Part shown: one piece after another, positions 19,207 to 31,342 of the stretch
Position numbering within the stretch: the stretch's first letter is position 1
Layout: each line of letters opens with the position of its first letter
Made by a program: the position numbers and the translations under genes
The notes under the pieces: generated by a model
The model's input: only the letters and a program-made list of their open reading frames with translations
What the model was told of the DNA's origin: nothing
Databases searched by the model: none
Origin: Bacteroidia bacterium
GTDB taxonomy: Bacteria; Bacteroidota; Bacteroidia; SpSt-205
Direction: 5' to 3'
Length of the DNA: 64,000 nt
Assembly: GCA_039630245.1 (NCBI GenBank)
Contig: JBCNVK010000001.1
Coordinates: forward strand, 101,625-165,624

Positions 19207-19990
19207 TGCGCACCCAGTGCAGAAAATAGCGGATGGCGGCTTGGCCTTTGGGTCCGAGGCGATAGGTGTAGCGATTCACATAGAGGTCTATATGAGCTAT
19301 CTGTATGGCGGGGCTGATTTCGCGCGCATACTGCCCGATAAAGGCCATCAGGCGCGCGCTGCGATGGCGCTGGGCGCTGCGTAGGCTACGCCGAAGCGCC
19401 CGAATCACGGGACGCCGCCACAGCCCTTTCCGAATCGCTACCCCACCCAGCGGTACTAAATGGCCCGTTTGCGCCTGCCAATAAGCCCCTAAATCCTGAA
19501 TAAGCTTGAGCCCATAAGCCTCATAGGTAAAGCGGCTTTCATGGATAATTACAGCGGCATCAATTTCTCCTGCCGCAACGGCCGGAATTAGGTGGTCATA
19601 GCGCAGAGCAATAAGCCGCTGCGCATGAGGCGCATAAAAACGGAAGAGGGCATAGGCGGTGGTGGAGAAGCCAGGCAGGCCGATAGAGGCCTCAGCCAGC
19701 TCAGCCCAGCTAAGTACCTGGCGCCCTACCAGAAGGGGGCCTACGCTTTCGCCCAGAGCGGCTCCTACTGGAAGCAAGCGATAAAGTCCCCTCGGAAGCT
19801 GAGCAAATTGGTAGAAGGAAAGCTTGATTATATCGGCTTTACCCTGCTGCGCCCAAGCATTGAGCGTCTGAATGTCCTCATAATCAAAGCTGAAGCGCAG
19901 GGGCGTGCGTATTTCGCCTAAAGCCAAAGGCCCCCAGATGAAGGTATCGTTGGGACAAGGGCTTATCGCTACGCGGAGAGACTTTTTCAC
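19196..19990 (-). CDS. mqnD: 1,4-dihydroxy-6-naphthoate synthase (futalosine pathway, MqnD; MqnA not excluded)
   Basis: SPCPNDTF motif near the N-terminus, then IIHESRFTY and DLGAYW segments typical of the MqnA/MqnD fold. Confidence 0.7.
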   Translation of the reverse strand: MKKSLRVAISPCPNDTFIWGPLALGEIRTPLRFSFDYEDIQTLNAWAQQGKADIIKLSFYQFAQLPRGLYRLLPVGAALGESVGPLLVGRQVLSWAELAEASIGLPGFSTTAYALFRFYAPHAQRLIALRYDHLIPAVAAGEIDAAVIIHESRFTYEAYGLKLIQDLGAYWQAQTGHLVPLGGVAIRKGLWRRPVIRALRRSLRSAQRHRSARLMAFIGQYAREISPAIQIAHIDLYVNRYTYRLGPKGQAAIRYFLHWVRTRP

Positions 19991-20745
19991 AGGCGAAATT
20001 GCGCTAAGGGACGCACGGTATAGCCTTCGGGAATTTGGAAGGGCGTAACAGGATTGGAAGGATTGAGCTCCAGCGCCTGAGGGTAGAGTATCAGGGTGCT
20101 CTCATCGGCAAACTCAAAGCGCAGAGCAGGCAGGTTGGCGCGCCCTTCTTCCCAGTCATACAAAAGTGTGAGGGGAGGCTGAGCGGGAAGGTTGAGCGTC
20201 CATCGGCGGAAGGCAGTAGCTTGGGGCCAAAGCACCTCGCCTTCGGCCTGGTAGGCAGCCAAGCGGCCACTTAAAGCGTGTCGGACGGCATTCCACCGCC
20301 ACTCGGCCGTCTCTAAACGCGGGGGGAGCTTGGCAAAAAGAAGGGCTACCAAATCTTGGGCGCTTAGAGCGGGCAGAAAGTGCCTAAGGCTATCCACGGG
20401 CCCTATATAGGCCGTCCGCTCAAGGCGATTCAGCAGAAAGACGCTATCGCGCCGCCAAAGGAGACGCAGACCCTCAAGCCCAAACGCACTGGCTGAAGCC
20501 CATAAGAGGGAATCGCCGCGCACTAAGAGGCGTAGGGAAAATTGCTGCTCACTGCCGTTTTTATAGACGGCTCGGTAGCTCAGTTTGAACGCCGCTGAGG
20601 GGGACTGCCAGCGCAGCCTTTCAAGTAAATGGGGAAGGCTAAGCTCTTCTGGATTAGGGGCTTTCGCCCTTAGCCGCGCTCGGCGCGCACAGGCAGTAAA
20701 TAGAAGAAGGCTGACTAAACTATACCTTACGGCAGCGTGCGCCAT
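19987..20745 (-). CDS. Exported hypothetical protein (DUF4292/LolA-like guess)
   Basis: Signal peptide with Cys (LLLFTACARR). Co-oriented and 4-nt-overlapped with mqnD and the TPR gene. Family guess is weak. Confidence 0.4.
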   Translation of the reverse strand: MAHAAVRYSLVSLLLFTACARRARLRAKAPNPEELSLPHLLERLRWQSPSAAFKLSYRAVYKNGSEQQFSLRLLVRGDSLLWASASAFGLEGLRLLWRRDSVFLLNRLERTAYIGPVDSLRHFLPALSAQDLVALLFAKLPPRLETAEWRWNAVRHALSGRLAAYQAEGEVLWPQATAFRRWTLNLPAQPPLTLLYDWEEGRANLPALRFEFADESTLILYPQALELNPSNPVTPFQIPEGYTVRPLAQFRL

Positions 20746-22361
20746 AGCGGAGCTAAGGGATAAGCGGCTTTAGCATAGGTTTTCCAGCGGGCGTAGGCTT
20801 CGGGATGCTCCGTCTCCGAAAAGCGAAGCAGAAGATCCTCCCATAGCTCTAAGGGAAGGTTAGGTAGATTTTCCACTTGAAGGGCGTAGCGGAGGGCCTC
20901 ATTCGGGCGTTTCTGGGCTAAAGCCAGAAGAAGGTTTAGCCATTCGGTATAAGGGCTTACGGTTTGAGTCGGTAGAGGATAGATGGCTTCGGTCGCACTA
21001 CCCGTGCGAAGGGTGAAAATCCGCCACAGATAGGCGCCTATGGGAGCGGGATACAGATTTTCAAGCTGCTGACGCGTAGAGATGGAAAGGCGGCCTAGCT
21101 TCGCTTCGGCTAGAGCGGTATAATAGGCTGAAAGTTCCCGCAGAGGCGATTCCAGCTCGTCCACTAGTCTTTTAGCCCGCTGAAAGCTGCTTAGGGCTTC
21201 GCGCCAGAGATTTTGCTGAGCCTGTACGAGGCCTACCCAGATGAGTAGGCGCCCTTGGCCCGGGAAAAGTTCCTGAGCTCGCTCCACGGCTGCGGCTAAC
21301 GAGTCGCCCCCTCCCTGCTGCCATAGTGCATAAAAGTAAGCCAGATGGTACGAAAGCTGGCTAGAGTCCAGGGCAATGGCTTGTTTCCAGGCCTTGCCAG
21401 CGCTATCCCATCGCCCCTTGCGCCTCCAGTACTGGGCCGCCAGTTCCCAGCCTACAGCCATGGGATAAGCCCGTAAAAAACTATTTAGCCGTTCTAAAAA
21501 CTCCTCCTCTACGAAGTCGGCCTGGCTAAGGAGTTTGTAGCGGACTTCTAAGGGTATGCTGGAGATGCTGAGAAGCTCTTCCCATACCTCCCTGCCCCAA
21601 ACGCTTTCAAAAACCTCTGGATAGTCCAGTACGACCCCCCAAGCCACTTGATTAGCTGAGTCTATGCGCAAAAGCCGCTGTACAAAATCTATCATGCAAT
21701 TCATATTCCGGCTAAGCTCACACAAGCGTGCGCCGGTTTCTAAGTAGATTTCGTGGTTAGGCCAGAGATTCGCCAACGTTTCGGCAATCGCCACGGCGCG
21801 CCCTATCTGTCCCGCCTCTACAAACATGTGGATGCGAGTCTGAAAAATCTCCTCGTAATTTCCAGAAAGGTGCTGAAGCTTCTGGTAGAGCATGTCGGCT
21901 TTGTCCAAATCACCCTTTTCTTGATAGAGCTGGGCTAGACGCAGAAGTATTTCGGGGTTATTGGGCCAGAGGCTATAAAGTTTTTCGAGTACAGCGAGGG
22001 CTTCGGCCTCTTGGTTATTGAGCTGGAGCGCGCTTGCATAGCCTAAGGCTAGCCAGAGCTCGTTTGGGGCTTCCTTGTAGGCCTTTTCGGCATGGGTGAG
22101 CATGCGCAAATAATCCCCCTGCATGTAGGCTATCCGCGCTAAATAGTGGTGAATGCCAGGGCTATTCGGGACGACTTCCACAGCTTTATAGAGGTATTCG
22201 GCGCTTTCTTCATAAAGACCTTGGCTAAAAAGTACGACTGCTCGGGTGAAAGGGGCGGCCGCCGCTTGCCACCGAAGGGTATCTACCTTAGACGTCTGCC
22301 TAGATCTTTTCTGAGCCCAACTAATGGCCAAAAGGCAAAGGCTAAGCGCTTTCCACCCCAT
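20727..22361 (-). CDS. Tetratricopeptide-repeat protein (exported)
   Basis: Signal peptide and many TPR motifs of the WxxLGxxYxxxGxxxxA type. Confidence 0.7.
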   Translation of the reverse strand: MGWKALSLCLLAISWAQKRSRQTSKVDTLRWQAAAAPFTRAVVLFSQGLYEESAEYLYKAVEVVPNSPGIHHYLARIAYMQGDYLRMLTHAEKAYKEAPNELWLALGYASALQLNNQEAEALAVLEKLYSLWPNNPEILLRLAQLYQEKGDLDKADMLYQKLQHLSGNYEEIFQTRIHMFVEAGQIGRAVAIAETLANLWPNHEIYLETGARLCELSRNMNCMIDFVQRLLRIDSANQVAWGVVLDYPEVFESVWGREVWEELLSISSIPLEVRYKLLSQADFVEEEFLERLNSFLRAYPMAVGWELAAQYWRRKGRWDSAGKAWKQAIALDSSQLSYHLAYFYALWQQGGGDSLAAAVERAQELFPGQGRLLIWVGLVQAQQNLWREALSSFQRAKRLVDELESPLRELSAYYTALAEAKLGRLSISTRQQLENLYPAPIGAYLWRIFTLRTGSATEAIYPLPTQTVSPYTEWLNLLLALAQKRPNEALRYALQVENLPNLPLELWEDLLLRFSETEHPEAYARWKTYAKAAYPLAPLWRTLP

Positions 22362-23343
22362 ATCGGCTATAATCCCCTAAGTCTATTTCGCCCACCGCCT
22401 GACGGCAGTAGGCATGAGCCCCAATTAGGGAATTATGGAGGACTGAAGCCTCTACTACAGCGCCAGTGCGGCAGAGCGTATGCGAAAGGATACTGCGATA
22501 AACCCTTGCCCCTGCTTCTATGGCTACATAGGGGCCTATGACGCTAGCTTCTACCTCGGCGTTAGGGGCTATCCATACGGGGGGAAGAATATGCGCTGAA
22601 GGCGGCGGCGAAGGCAGGGAAGCGGCCCCCCGCTCCAGAAGGCGCGCCTGCGCTTGCAAAATAAGGAGGCGGCTGCCACAATCCAGCCATTCTTCCACAG
22701 GAAGCGCCTGCAAACGCCTTCCCGTCTCACAAAGCCATTGCAGCGCATCCGTAAGCTGATACTCCCCTCTGACCCGAATGTCCCGCTCAAAAAGGTACTC
22801 TATGGCCGGCAGAAGCCACTCCGCCTGCCGCAAGAAATAAACCCCAATAATTGCCAGATTAGAAGGCGGATCGGGCGGTTTCTCTACTAGCCGGCGGATG
22901 TAGCCGTCGGGCGAAAGTTCTACCACCCCATAGCTGCGCGGATCCGAAACTTCCTTTACCCAAAGGGCCCCATCGGCCTCTGGCCTAATAGTAGCCGAAG
23001 AGGTAAAAATTGTATCCGCAAAAAGGATTACGCAGGGACCCTGCAGATAATCCCGCGCCTGGTAGAGCGCATGCGCCGTCCCCAAGGGCACCGATTGGGT
23101 ACAGAAAATCGCCTGACTCCCCCAGCGCTGGGCTAGCCTTTCCAAGAAGGCCCGATGGTCGGCGCTTAGCTCCCGTACTATAAACACCATGGCTTCTATA
23201 GGCTGGGCAAGCGCCCGACCTACCTCTTCCACAAGCCATTCTACCACTGGCTTGCCTAAAAGCGGAAAAAGGGGTTTGGGGGTGGTAAATGTATGCGGCC
23301 GCAGCCGCTTCCCCTCCCCCGCCATCGGAATTATCAAGCGCAT
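22342..23343 (-). CDS. Sugar-phosphate nucleotidyltransferase with C-terminal left-handed beta-helix (hexapeptide) domain
   Basis: N-terminal motif LIIPMAGEGKRLRPHTFTTPKPL, of the GxGxR(L) NTP-transferase type. C-terminal region with hexapeptide repeats. Confidence 0.7.
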   Translation of the reverse strand: MRLIIPMAGEGKRLRPHTFTTPKPLFPLLGKPVVEWLVEEVGRALAQPIEAMVFIVRELSADHRAFLERLAQRWGSQAIFCTQSVPLGTAHALYQARDYLQGPCVILFADTIFTSSATIRPEADGALWVKEVSDPRSYGVVELSPDGYIRRLVEKPPDPPSNLAIIGVYFLRQAEWLLPAIEYLFERDIRVRGEYQLTDALQWLCETGRRLQALPVEEWLDCGSRLLILQAQARLLERGAASLPSPPPSAHILPPVWIAPNAEVEASVIGPYVAIEAGARVYRSILSHTLCRTGAVVEASVLHNSLIGAHAYCRQAVGEIDLGDYSRYGVESA

Positions 23344-23358
23344 GGCCGTCTTTCAAAA

Positions 23359-23952
23359 TTAAGGGCTTTTTTGCCCTACGCGCGGCTCTTTACCCGCTAG
23401 CAGGCGCGCTAGGTTCTGGCGATGGGTATAGAGCACGAGTCCGAGCCAAAGCACGCCCGCCAGATAGCCTATGGCGCTGCCCTCCCCCACCACGCCATGC
23501 CACAAAAGAAAGCTAGCCACACCAGAAAGCGAGCTAAGAGACACAATCCAACTTAGGGAAAGGGTAAGGAGAAAAGTACCTGTAGCCGCTAGGGCGCTCA
23601 GCGGCTCGATGATAAGCATGCCCCCTAAAAGGGTGTTGATACCCTTACCTCCACGAAAGCCCGCCCATATGGGATAGATGTGGCCAAGTACCGCCGCCGT
23701 AGCCACCGCATAGAGCCCTGCTTCTGGCACGGCGCGCAGCTTAGCCAGCCAAACGGGCACCACCGCCTTCCCTATATCTACGACCTGCACAAGCACACCA
23801 GCCCAAAACCCCAATACCCGATAAACATTCGTGCTACCGATATTTCCGCTGCCGACTTTTCGAATATCCACGCCATAGGCACGCGCCAGCCATAACCCAG
23901 GCGTAAGCGAGCCCAGTAGATAAGCTAGGCTAACCCATACTATTACTTCCAT
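23359..23952 (-). CDS. plsY: Glycerol-3-phosphate acyltransferase PlsY
   Basis: Matches ...SGNIGSTNVYRVLG... and has the PlsY multi-TM topology. Confidence 0.85.
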   Translation of the reverse strand: MEVIVWVSLAYLLGSLTPGLWLARAYGVDIRKVGSGNIGSTNVYRVLGFWAGVLVQVVDIGKAVVPVWLAKLRAVPEAGLYAVATAAVLGHIYPIWAGFRGGKGINTLLGGMLIIEPLSALAATGTFLLTLSLSWIVSLSSLSGVASFLLWHGVVGEGSAIGYLAGVLWLGLVLYTHRQNLARLLAGKEPRVGQKSP

Positions 23953-24653
23953 GCGTTGCCAATATAAAAAGCCAGATACCCCGAAAGCCAGAAGCTGCGC
24001 TTGGGTTTATCATGAAGGGTTTGAATGGGCTGAAAAAAACCCTGAGCACGCAAACCAAGCGCTAGACTTCGCACAAGGGCTGGACTATGGCCCATATCTA
24101 CAAGAGCCCCCACCTGAACTAAACCGCCCGGCACGCCCCGCACCTTATCAAAGCCTAAATAAAAATCCGCCTCCCCCACAATATCGTAGTAGGTATGCTG
24201 CCCAGGCTTATAGGTATCTATCTGAATAATCGCCTGAGTGGACGAGATAGGGATGGCAATTTCAATAAAGTAGGGCTTGAGCAAGGCTAAGGCAGGCCCT
24301 ATCCCCAGTTGAAGACTGACTTGAAGGGGCGTAGTAGGGGTGCGATGCGCCACGATGTACTGCCACCCATATACCAGTTCCAAGAGATAGGCGTAGTAAA
24401 GCTTGCCAAAGACATAATCCTTACCTCCTTGATCCCGATAGGCGGAGCGGGTGCGCGTCTCATACTTTGTACGATAGGAGCTAAAGTCCCCCATCCAGAA
24501 GGAGCCCCTCTGGGGATCGGACCAGTTTTGCACCAGTACGCCTAAACCCCAGCCAAAAGAATGCAGAAAGGGGGAAGCCGCTATGCTATGAGTATAGGGC
24601 TCTATTGGTTGCCCCCATACCGCTACACTACATAGCAGCCAATACCTCCACAT
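23943..24653 (-). CDS. Exported hypothetical protein (possible small OM beta-barrel)
   Basis: Signal peptide MWRYWLLCSVAVWGQP, aromatic-rich alternating pattern, C-terminal ...YIGNAWK. Confidence 0.4.
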   Translation of the reverse strand: MWRYWLLCSVAVWGQPIEPYTHSIAASPFLHSFGWGLGVLVQNWSDPQRGSFWMGDFSSYRTKYETRTRSAYRDQGGKDYVFGKLYYAYLLELVYGWQYIVAHRTPTTPLQVSLQLGIGPALALLKPYFIEIAIPISSTQAIIQIDTYKPGQHTYYDIVGEADFYLGFDKVRGVPGGLVQVGALVDMGHSPALVRSLALGLRAQGFFQPIQTLHDKPKRSFWLSGYLAFYIGNAWK

Positions 24654-25182
24654 AGAAGATCAGCGTAGCGTTAGGTGGAATAGGGCCGTAGGCCTGGTTT
24701 CCATAGCCCAGCTCGGGGGGCACAATAAGCACGGCCTGGGAGCCTACTGGCAGCTGGGCTAACCCCTCCTCCCACCCCGCAATCACCTGACCACGCCCAA
24801 GCCAGAAACTAAAAGGCTGTCCCCTCTCATAAGAACTATCAAATACCTTCCCATTTGGCAGGAGCCCATGATAATGGACGGTTACCTGCTGGCCTGCTCG
24901 GGGCTGATTGCCTTCCCCCCGCCGATGTACATATATCTTCAAGCCTGAGGGAAGTACCTGAAGTTTAGTAGAGTCAATAGGATAGGGCACAAACTTCTGA
25001 GGCAAGGGCGTAGCGGGGGGAGCTGTTCGCAAAGCTTTATTCTTTTCGCCTGGGAGTAGAGCAGGCTTAGGTGAGTCAAGATTTTGAGGGGTTATATATG
25101 TACCTTCAGCGCTTTCACTGGAGCTGGTGCAGCGCCAGCCGCTCCAAAAAAGCCCTATAATCAGCCAGTAAGCGTGACGCAT
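24628..25182 (-). CDS. FKBP-type peptidyl-prolyl cis-trans isomerase (exported, possibly GldI-like)
   Basis: C-terminal FKBP domain VTVHYHGLLPNGKVFDSSYERGQPFSF.LGRGQVIAGWEEGL. N-terminal signal peptide. Confidence 0.8.
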   Translation of the reverse strand: MRHAYWLIIGLFWSGWRCTSSSESAEGTYITPQNLDSPKPALLPGEKNKALRTAPPATPLPQKFVPYPIDSTKLQVLPSGLKIYVHRRGEGNQPRAGQQVTVHYHGLLPNGKVFDSSYERGQPFSFWLGRGQVIAGWEEGLAQLPVGSQAVLIVPPELGYGNQAYGPIPPNATLIFYVEVLAAM

Positions 25183-26152
25183 ATACCTCTTGAAGGAGTT
25201 GCTTAGTAAAAGTTAGGCTTTCTTCTAATGAGCGGTAGAGCGTAGCCCCAGCGGCGTTGCGGTGCCCGCCCCCCTTATCAAAATGCTGGGCTACCTCATG
25301 GCAAGGGAAATCTCCCACACTACGCAGACTTATGCGAGTCGCCTCAGGATATTCCTTAAGCACTACGGCAAGCAGCACCCCCTCCAGCGCCAAAATCTGA
25401 TTAGGAAGCGTCTCTACCTCTTCCCAATCCACCCCAAAGCGCTCCAGCTCACTGGCTGGAATAGGCAGAAGAAGCACAGGTAAGTCGTCCAACTTTTGGA
25501 GATAATTCTGGATGAGGTAGGCCTGTAGGCGAAGGGTAGAAAGCTTTTTGCGCTGGAAAATGTAGTGATGCACAGCTTCAAGGGGGAAGGGGGGCTGGAT
25601 AAGCTCGGCCGCAATTTGGAGGGTTCGGGGCGTAACACTGCGAAACCGAAATCCGCCCGTATCCGTGATAAGCCCTGTATAAAGCGCTAGCCGCGCTGGC
25701 ATAGCCAGCGGCCGAAAGGGCTCCAGAATTGTCTCATAAAGCAGCTCACAGGTGGCGGCCGCCGCCGGCTCCCAGAAATTCCACTGCGCCGATAAAGGCA
25801 GGCTGTCCGCATGATGATCTACCCAAATCAGCCGGGCAGGATCTATAAGGGCCTGTAGCGCTTCATCAATCCTATCCCACTTGCCAAAATCTACGCAAAT
25901 AAAAAGGTCGGCCTCCCGCGCTGCAGCTAAGATAGCTTCCTTAGCCTCTGACCATATGGCGATAGCTTCCCAGCCAGGCAAAAACCGCAAATGCTGCGGC
26001 ACAGGATCTGGGAGTACGGCTAAGACTTCCTTACCTTGGGCCCTCAAAGTGTGGTAAATACCCAGAAGGGCCCCCACGGCATCGCCATCGGGCCGCGGAT
26101 GACTTAGGCAAAAGAGACGCTTAGCCTCAAGTAGGGCCTCTTTCCACTCCAC
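25115..26152 (-). CDS. nrnA: DHH/DHHA1 phosphoesterase (NrnA-like oligoribonuclease/pAp phosphatase)
   Basis: N-terminal ...SHPRPDGDAVGA... and the DHH motif ...WVDHHA.... Confidence 0.75.
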   Translation of the reverse strand: MEWKEALLEAKRLFCLSHPRPDGDAVGALLGIYHTLRAQGKEVLAVLPDPVPQHLRFLPGWEAIAIWSEAKEAILAAAREADLFICVDFGKWDRIDEALQALIDPARLIWVDHHADSLPLSAQWNFWEPAAAATCELLYETILEPFRPLAMPARLALYTGLITDTGGFRFRSVTPRTLQIAAELIQPPFPLEAVHHYIFQRKKLSTLRLQAYLIQNYLQKLDDLPVLLLPIPASELERFGVDWEEVETLPNQILALEGVLLAVVLKEYPEATRISLRSVGDFPCHEVAQHFDKGGGHRNAAGATLYRSLEESLTFTKQLLQEVYASRLLADYRAFLERLALHQLQ

Positions 26153-26203
26153 TTACCACGAAGATAACCCAAAAACTGCCTCAAAAGGCGGAATTTTGCC
26201 GCA

Positions 26204-27217
26204 GTGGCGCCCGTATATGCGGCCATTTTAGCCCATGGGGGGAAAAAATGGCTAGAGCGATTCCTACCTACTGTGCTCGCCACCGACTACCCCAATCTCA
26301 CCGTTTGGGTGATAGATAATGCTAGTAAGCCGCCCTTATACCCCTGGCTAAGGGATACCTTCCCAACCGTAAAAGCTCTACGGTACGAGGAGAATTTAGG
26401 CTATGCAGGGGGCTATCAGAGATTTTTTGAGGAGCATGGTCGCCATGTGCCTTACTTAGCCCTACTGAATAGCGATGTGGAGGTACCGCCCACTTGGCTT
26501 TCACCCCTGATAAGGCGTTTGGAAAAGTGCCCTCAGGTGGCGGCTGTCCAGCCACGCATACGCTCCTGGCAGGCACGTAATGAATTTGAATACGCTGGGG
26601 CCGCGGGCGGCTTCCTGGATCCTTGGGGCTATCCTACCTGCCGTGGCCGCGGCGAAAAGGACGAAAATCAGTACGCTCAGCCTTCGCGTATCTTCTGGGC
26701 TAGCGGCGCGGCTTTCGTCCTGCGCACCCAAGCTGTTCTGAATTCTCTCCAAGGCCTACTCTTCAAGCCCTACTACTTCATGCACATGGAAGAGATAGAC
26801 CTCTGCTGGCGGCTCCAACGGGCTGGCTGGCAGATTGCCTATGAGCCGGCCAGCGTTATCTATCACGTCGGGGGCGGGTCCCTTACCTACACTGATGCCC
26901 AAAAAACCTACTACAACTTCCGCAATAGCCTTTTTTTGCTTTGGGAAAACCTAGGCGGTTTAGAACGCTACTGGCGTGTGGGGTGGCGGCTGCTGTTAGA
27001 TGCCCCAGCAGCCCTTTATTTCCTTTTCCGCTACGGCCCAGCCCACGTCGGGGCCATCGCCCGCGCCCATTGGACGTTTTTCAGGTATGTGGTACGCCGC
27101 CGGCTAAATTCCTTTACGAGCCTGCCTTTTCGGCCTTTGCGTCAACTGGATGGAGTACTTCCTAGGCCCCTTCTATGGGGTACGACGAAGCCCCCTTACC
27201 TTCCCCTTAGCTGCTAG
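26204..27217 (+). CDS. Glycosyltransferase family 2
   Basis: GT2 N-terminus AAILAHGGKKWLERFLPTVLATDYPNLTVWVIDNAS, with DxD-type and QxxRW-like (LCWRL) regions. Confidence 0.7.
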   Translation: MAPVYAAILAHGGKKWLERFLPTVLATDYPNLTVWVIDNASKPPLYPWLRDTFPTVKALRYEENLGYAGGYQRFFEEHGRHVPYLALLNSDVEVPPTWLSPLIRRLEKCPQVAAVQPRIRSWQARNEFEYAGAAGGFLDPWGYPTCRGRGEKDENQYAQPSRIFWASGAAFVLRTQAVLNSLQGLLFKPYYFMHMEEIDLCWRLQRAGWQIAYEPASVIYHVGGGSLTYTDAQKTYYNFRNSLFLLWENLGGLERYWRVGWRLLLDAPAALYFLFRYGPAHVGAIARAHWTFFRYVVRRRLNSFTSLPFRPLRQLDGVLPRPLLWGTTKPPYLPLSC

Positions 27218-28272
27218 GCTTCGCCCTCATACCGGCTGCGCCAAGCATAAGCCGCATACCCTTGCCAGCGCAGGTAATCTGCCATAGCCTCAGTATAGCC
27301 ATGAGTAAAGATAACCCGCTCAGGCTGCACTTCCCTAACGGTTTGGAGAATTTGGTAAAAGTCGGCGTGGTCGGAGAGGGGGAATCCCCTGTCGAGGGCC
27401 TTTTGGCGGCGGCGCCCTCGTACCGCCATCCACCCCGAGGCCTGAGCCTCCTCATAGGGCTCTAGCTGACTGAGCCACCTAGCCTTCTGCGCCGCAGGCG
27501 GAAGGATACAAAGAGCTCCCTTTAGGCGAGGTAGCGCTTCCGGTACGAGAACCTGCCACTTTCCCAACTTAACCCCCGCCTGCTCATACAGGTAATTTAT
27601 CGCTGCGATGCTCTTATGCACATAGCAAGGGCCGGCTTCGGAGAGCAAGGCTAGAATCCTTTGAGCCTTTCCCAAAGTATAAGCATAGAGCAGCGCATTT
27701 TTGCCTTCCTTTCGGCAGCTTTCCCACCAGGCTACTATGGCGGCCATCACTTCTGCTGGAGCGCTCCACTGGTAAATCGGCAAGCCAAAGGTGCTTTCGG
27801 AAATGAGCCCATGAGCCCTAATCGGCTCAAAAGGCGCCGTAGTAGGATCCACCCATCGCTTGTAATCGCCCGTGAAAACCCACACCTCGCCGCGGTATTC
27901 CAGCCGCACTTGGGCTGAGCCCCGAATGTGGCCAGCTGGATGCAGGCTAAGGCGCAGGCCGTTTTGGCTAAGCGTCTCGCCCCAAGCCAGCGTCTGCAAG
28001 CGGATATTTCCCAGGCGATGCCGCAAAAGGGGCGCATTCTCCGCTGCGCATAAATAGGCTTCGCTACCCCGCCGGGCATGATCGCTATGGGCGTGCGTAA
28101 TCACAGCCCGCGCCACAGGCGCCCAAGGATCTAAGTAAAAATCCCCAGGCACGCAATACAAGCCAGCTGGCCGAAGTTCAAGCCATGCCGGCAGGCCAGA
28201 GGTCTCGGAAGGGGACGGCATGGCGGAAAACGGGTGCTTGGTAGCAAAAAGTATGAAACTCGCCCCTTTCAC
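27214..28272 (-). CDS. Metallo-beta-lactamase-fold exonuclease of the ligase-associated DNA-damage-response type (beta-CASP/SNM1-like)
   Basis: HxHxDH motif ITHAHSDHARRG after GLYCVPGDFYLDPW. Size about 340 aa. True start is probably internal; the ORF overlaps the next gene. Confidence 0.55.
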   Translation of the reverse strand: MKGASFILFATKHPFSAMPSPSETSGLPAWLELRPAGLYCVPGDFYLDPWAPVARAVITHAHSDHARRGSEAYLCAAENAPLLRHRLGNIRLQTLAWGETLSQNGLRLSLHPAGHIRGSAQVRLEYRGEVWVFTGDYKRWVDPTTAPFEPIRAHGLISESTFGLPIYQWSAPAEVMAAIVAWWESCRKEGKNALLYAYTLGKAQRILALLSEAGPCYVHKSIAAINYLYEQAGVKLGKWQVLVPEALPRLKGALCILPPAAQKARWLSQLEPYEEAQASGWMAVRGRRRQKALDRGFPLSDHADFYQILQTVREVQPERVIFTHGYTEAMADYLRWQGYAAYAWRSRYEGEA

Positions 28273-28805
28273 CGCAGGGATCTACCTTCGGGGGAAGCTG
28301 CCGCAGCCAGCTCCGATTGTACGGTCTGCCTGGCAGAAAGTCGGGAAAAAACTGCGGCTCGGCCCAGCATACTATAGCGTGGAAGCCCCGCCGCAGAAGC
28401 CTATGCGCTAAAATTTTAGACCGCACAGGCCGGCCTATCCAGGCGGGAAAGAGCGGCACAAGCCCACTGCGCCTCACCAGCGCTGTCCTATAGGCCCGGA
28501 TATCTACTAGATAGAGATCTCCAAAAGCCACATAGCCGAAGCCCTCCTGAGAAAGCCCCTGTAAGGTCTCAAGAATAACTGCTTCGTAGAGCGCATTAGG
28601 GCAGGGAAAGGGCAGGGAAACAAGGTGAAGGGATAAGCCAGCCGCTTCGGCCTGCCGCTGCGCCAGCTTTACTGGCACATTATGAAAGGGAATAGTCCCA
28701 TCTGTCCGATGGGTAGTCAGAAGAAGCTCCACAGGCCAGCCTGCCTTGCGCAAGCGGTAAAGGGCCCACGCACTGTCTTTGCCCGTACTCCAGAAAAGTA
28801 CGACC

Positions 28806-28822
<17 letters not shown>
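28178..28822 (-). CDS. PP-loop ATP pyrophosphatase of the diphthine-ammonia-ligase (Dph6/MJ0570) family
   Basis: N-terminal VVLFWSTGKDS, of the SGGxDS-type PP-loop. About 210 aa, with the ...EFHTF... C-terminal region typical of the family. Confidence 0.6.
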
Positions 28823-31341
<2,519 letters not shown>

Positions 31342-31342
<1 letters not shown>

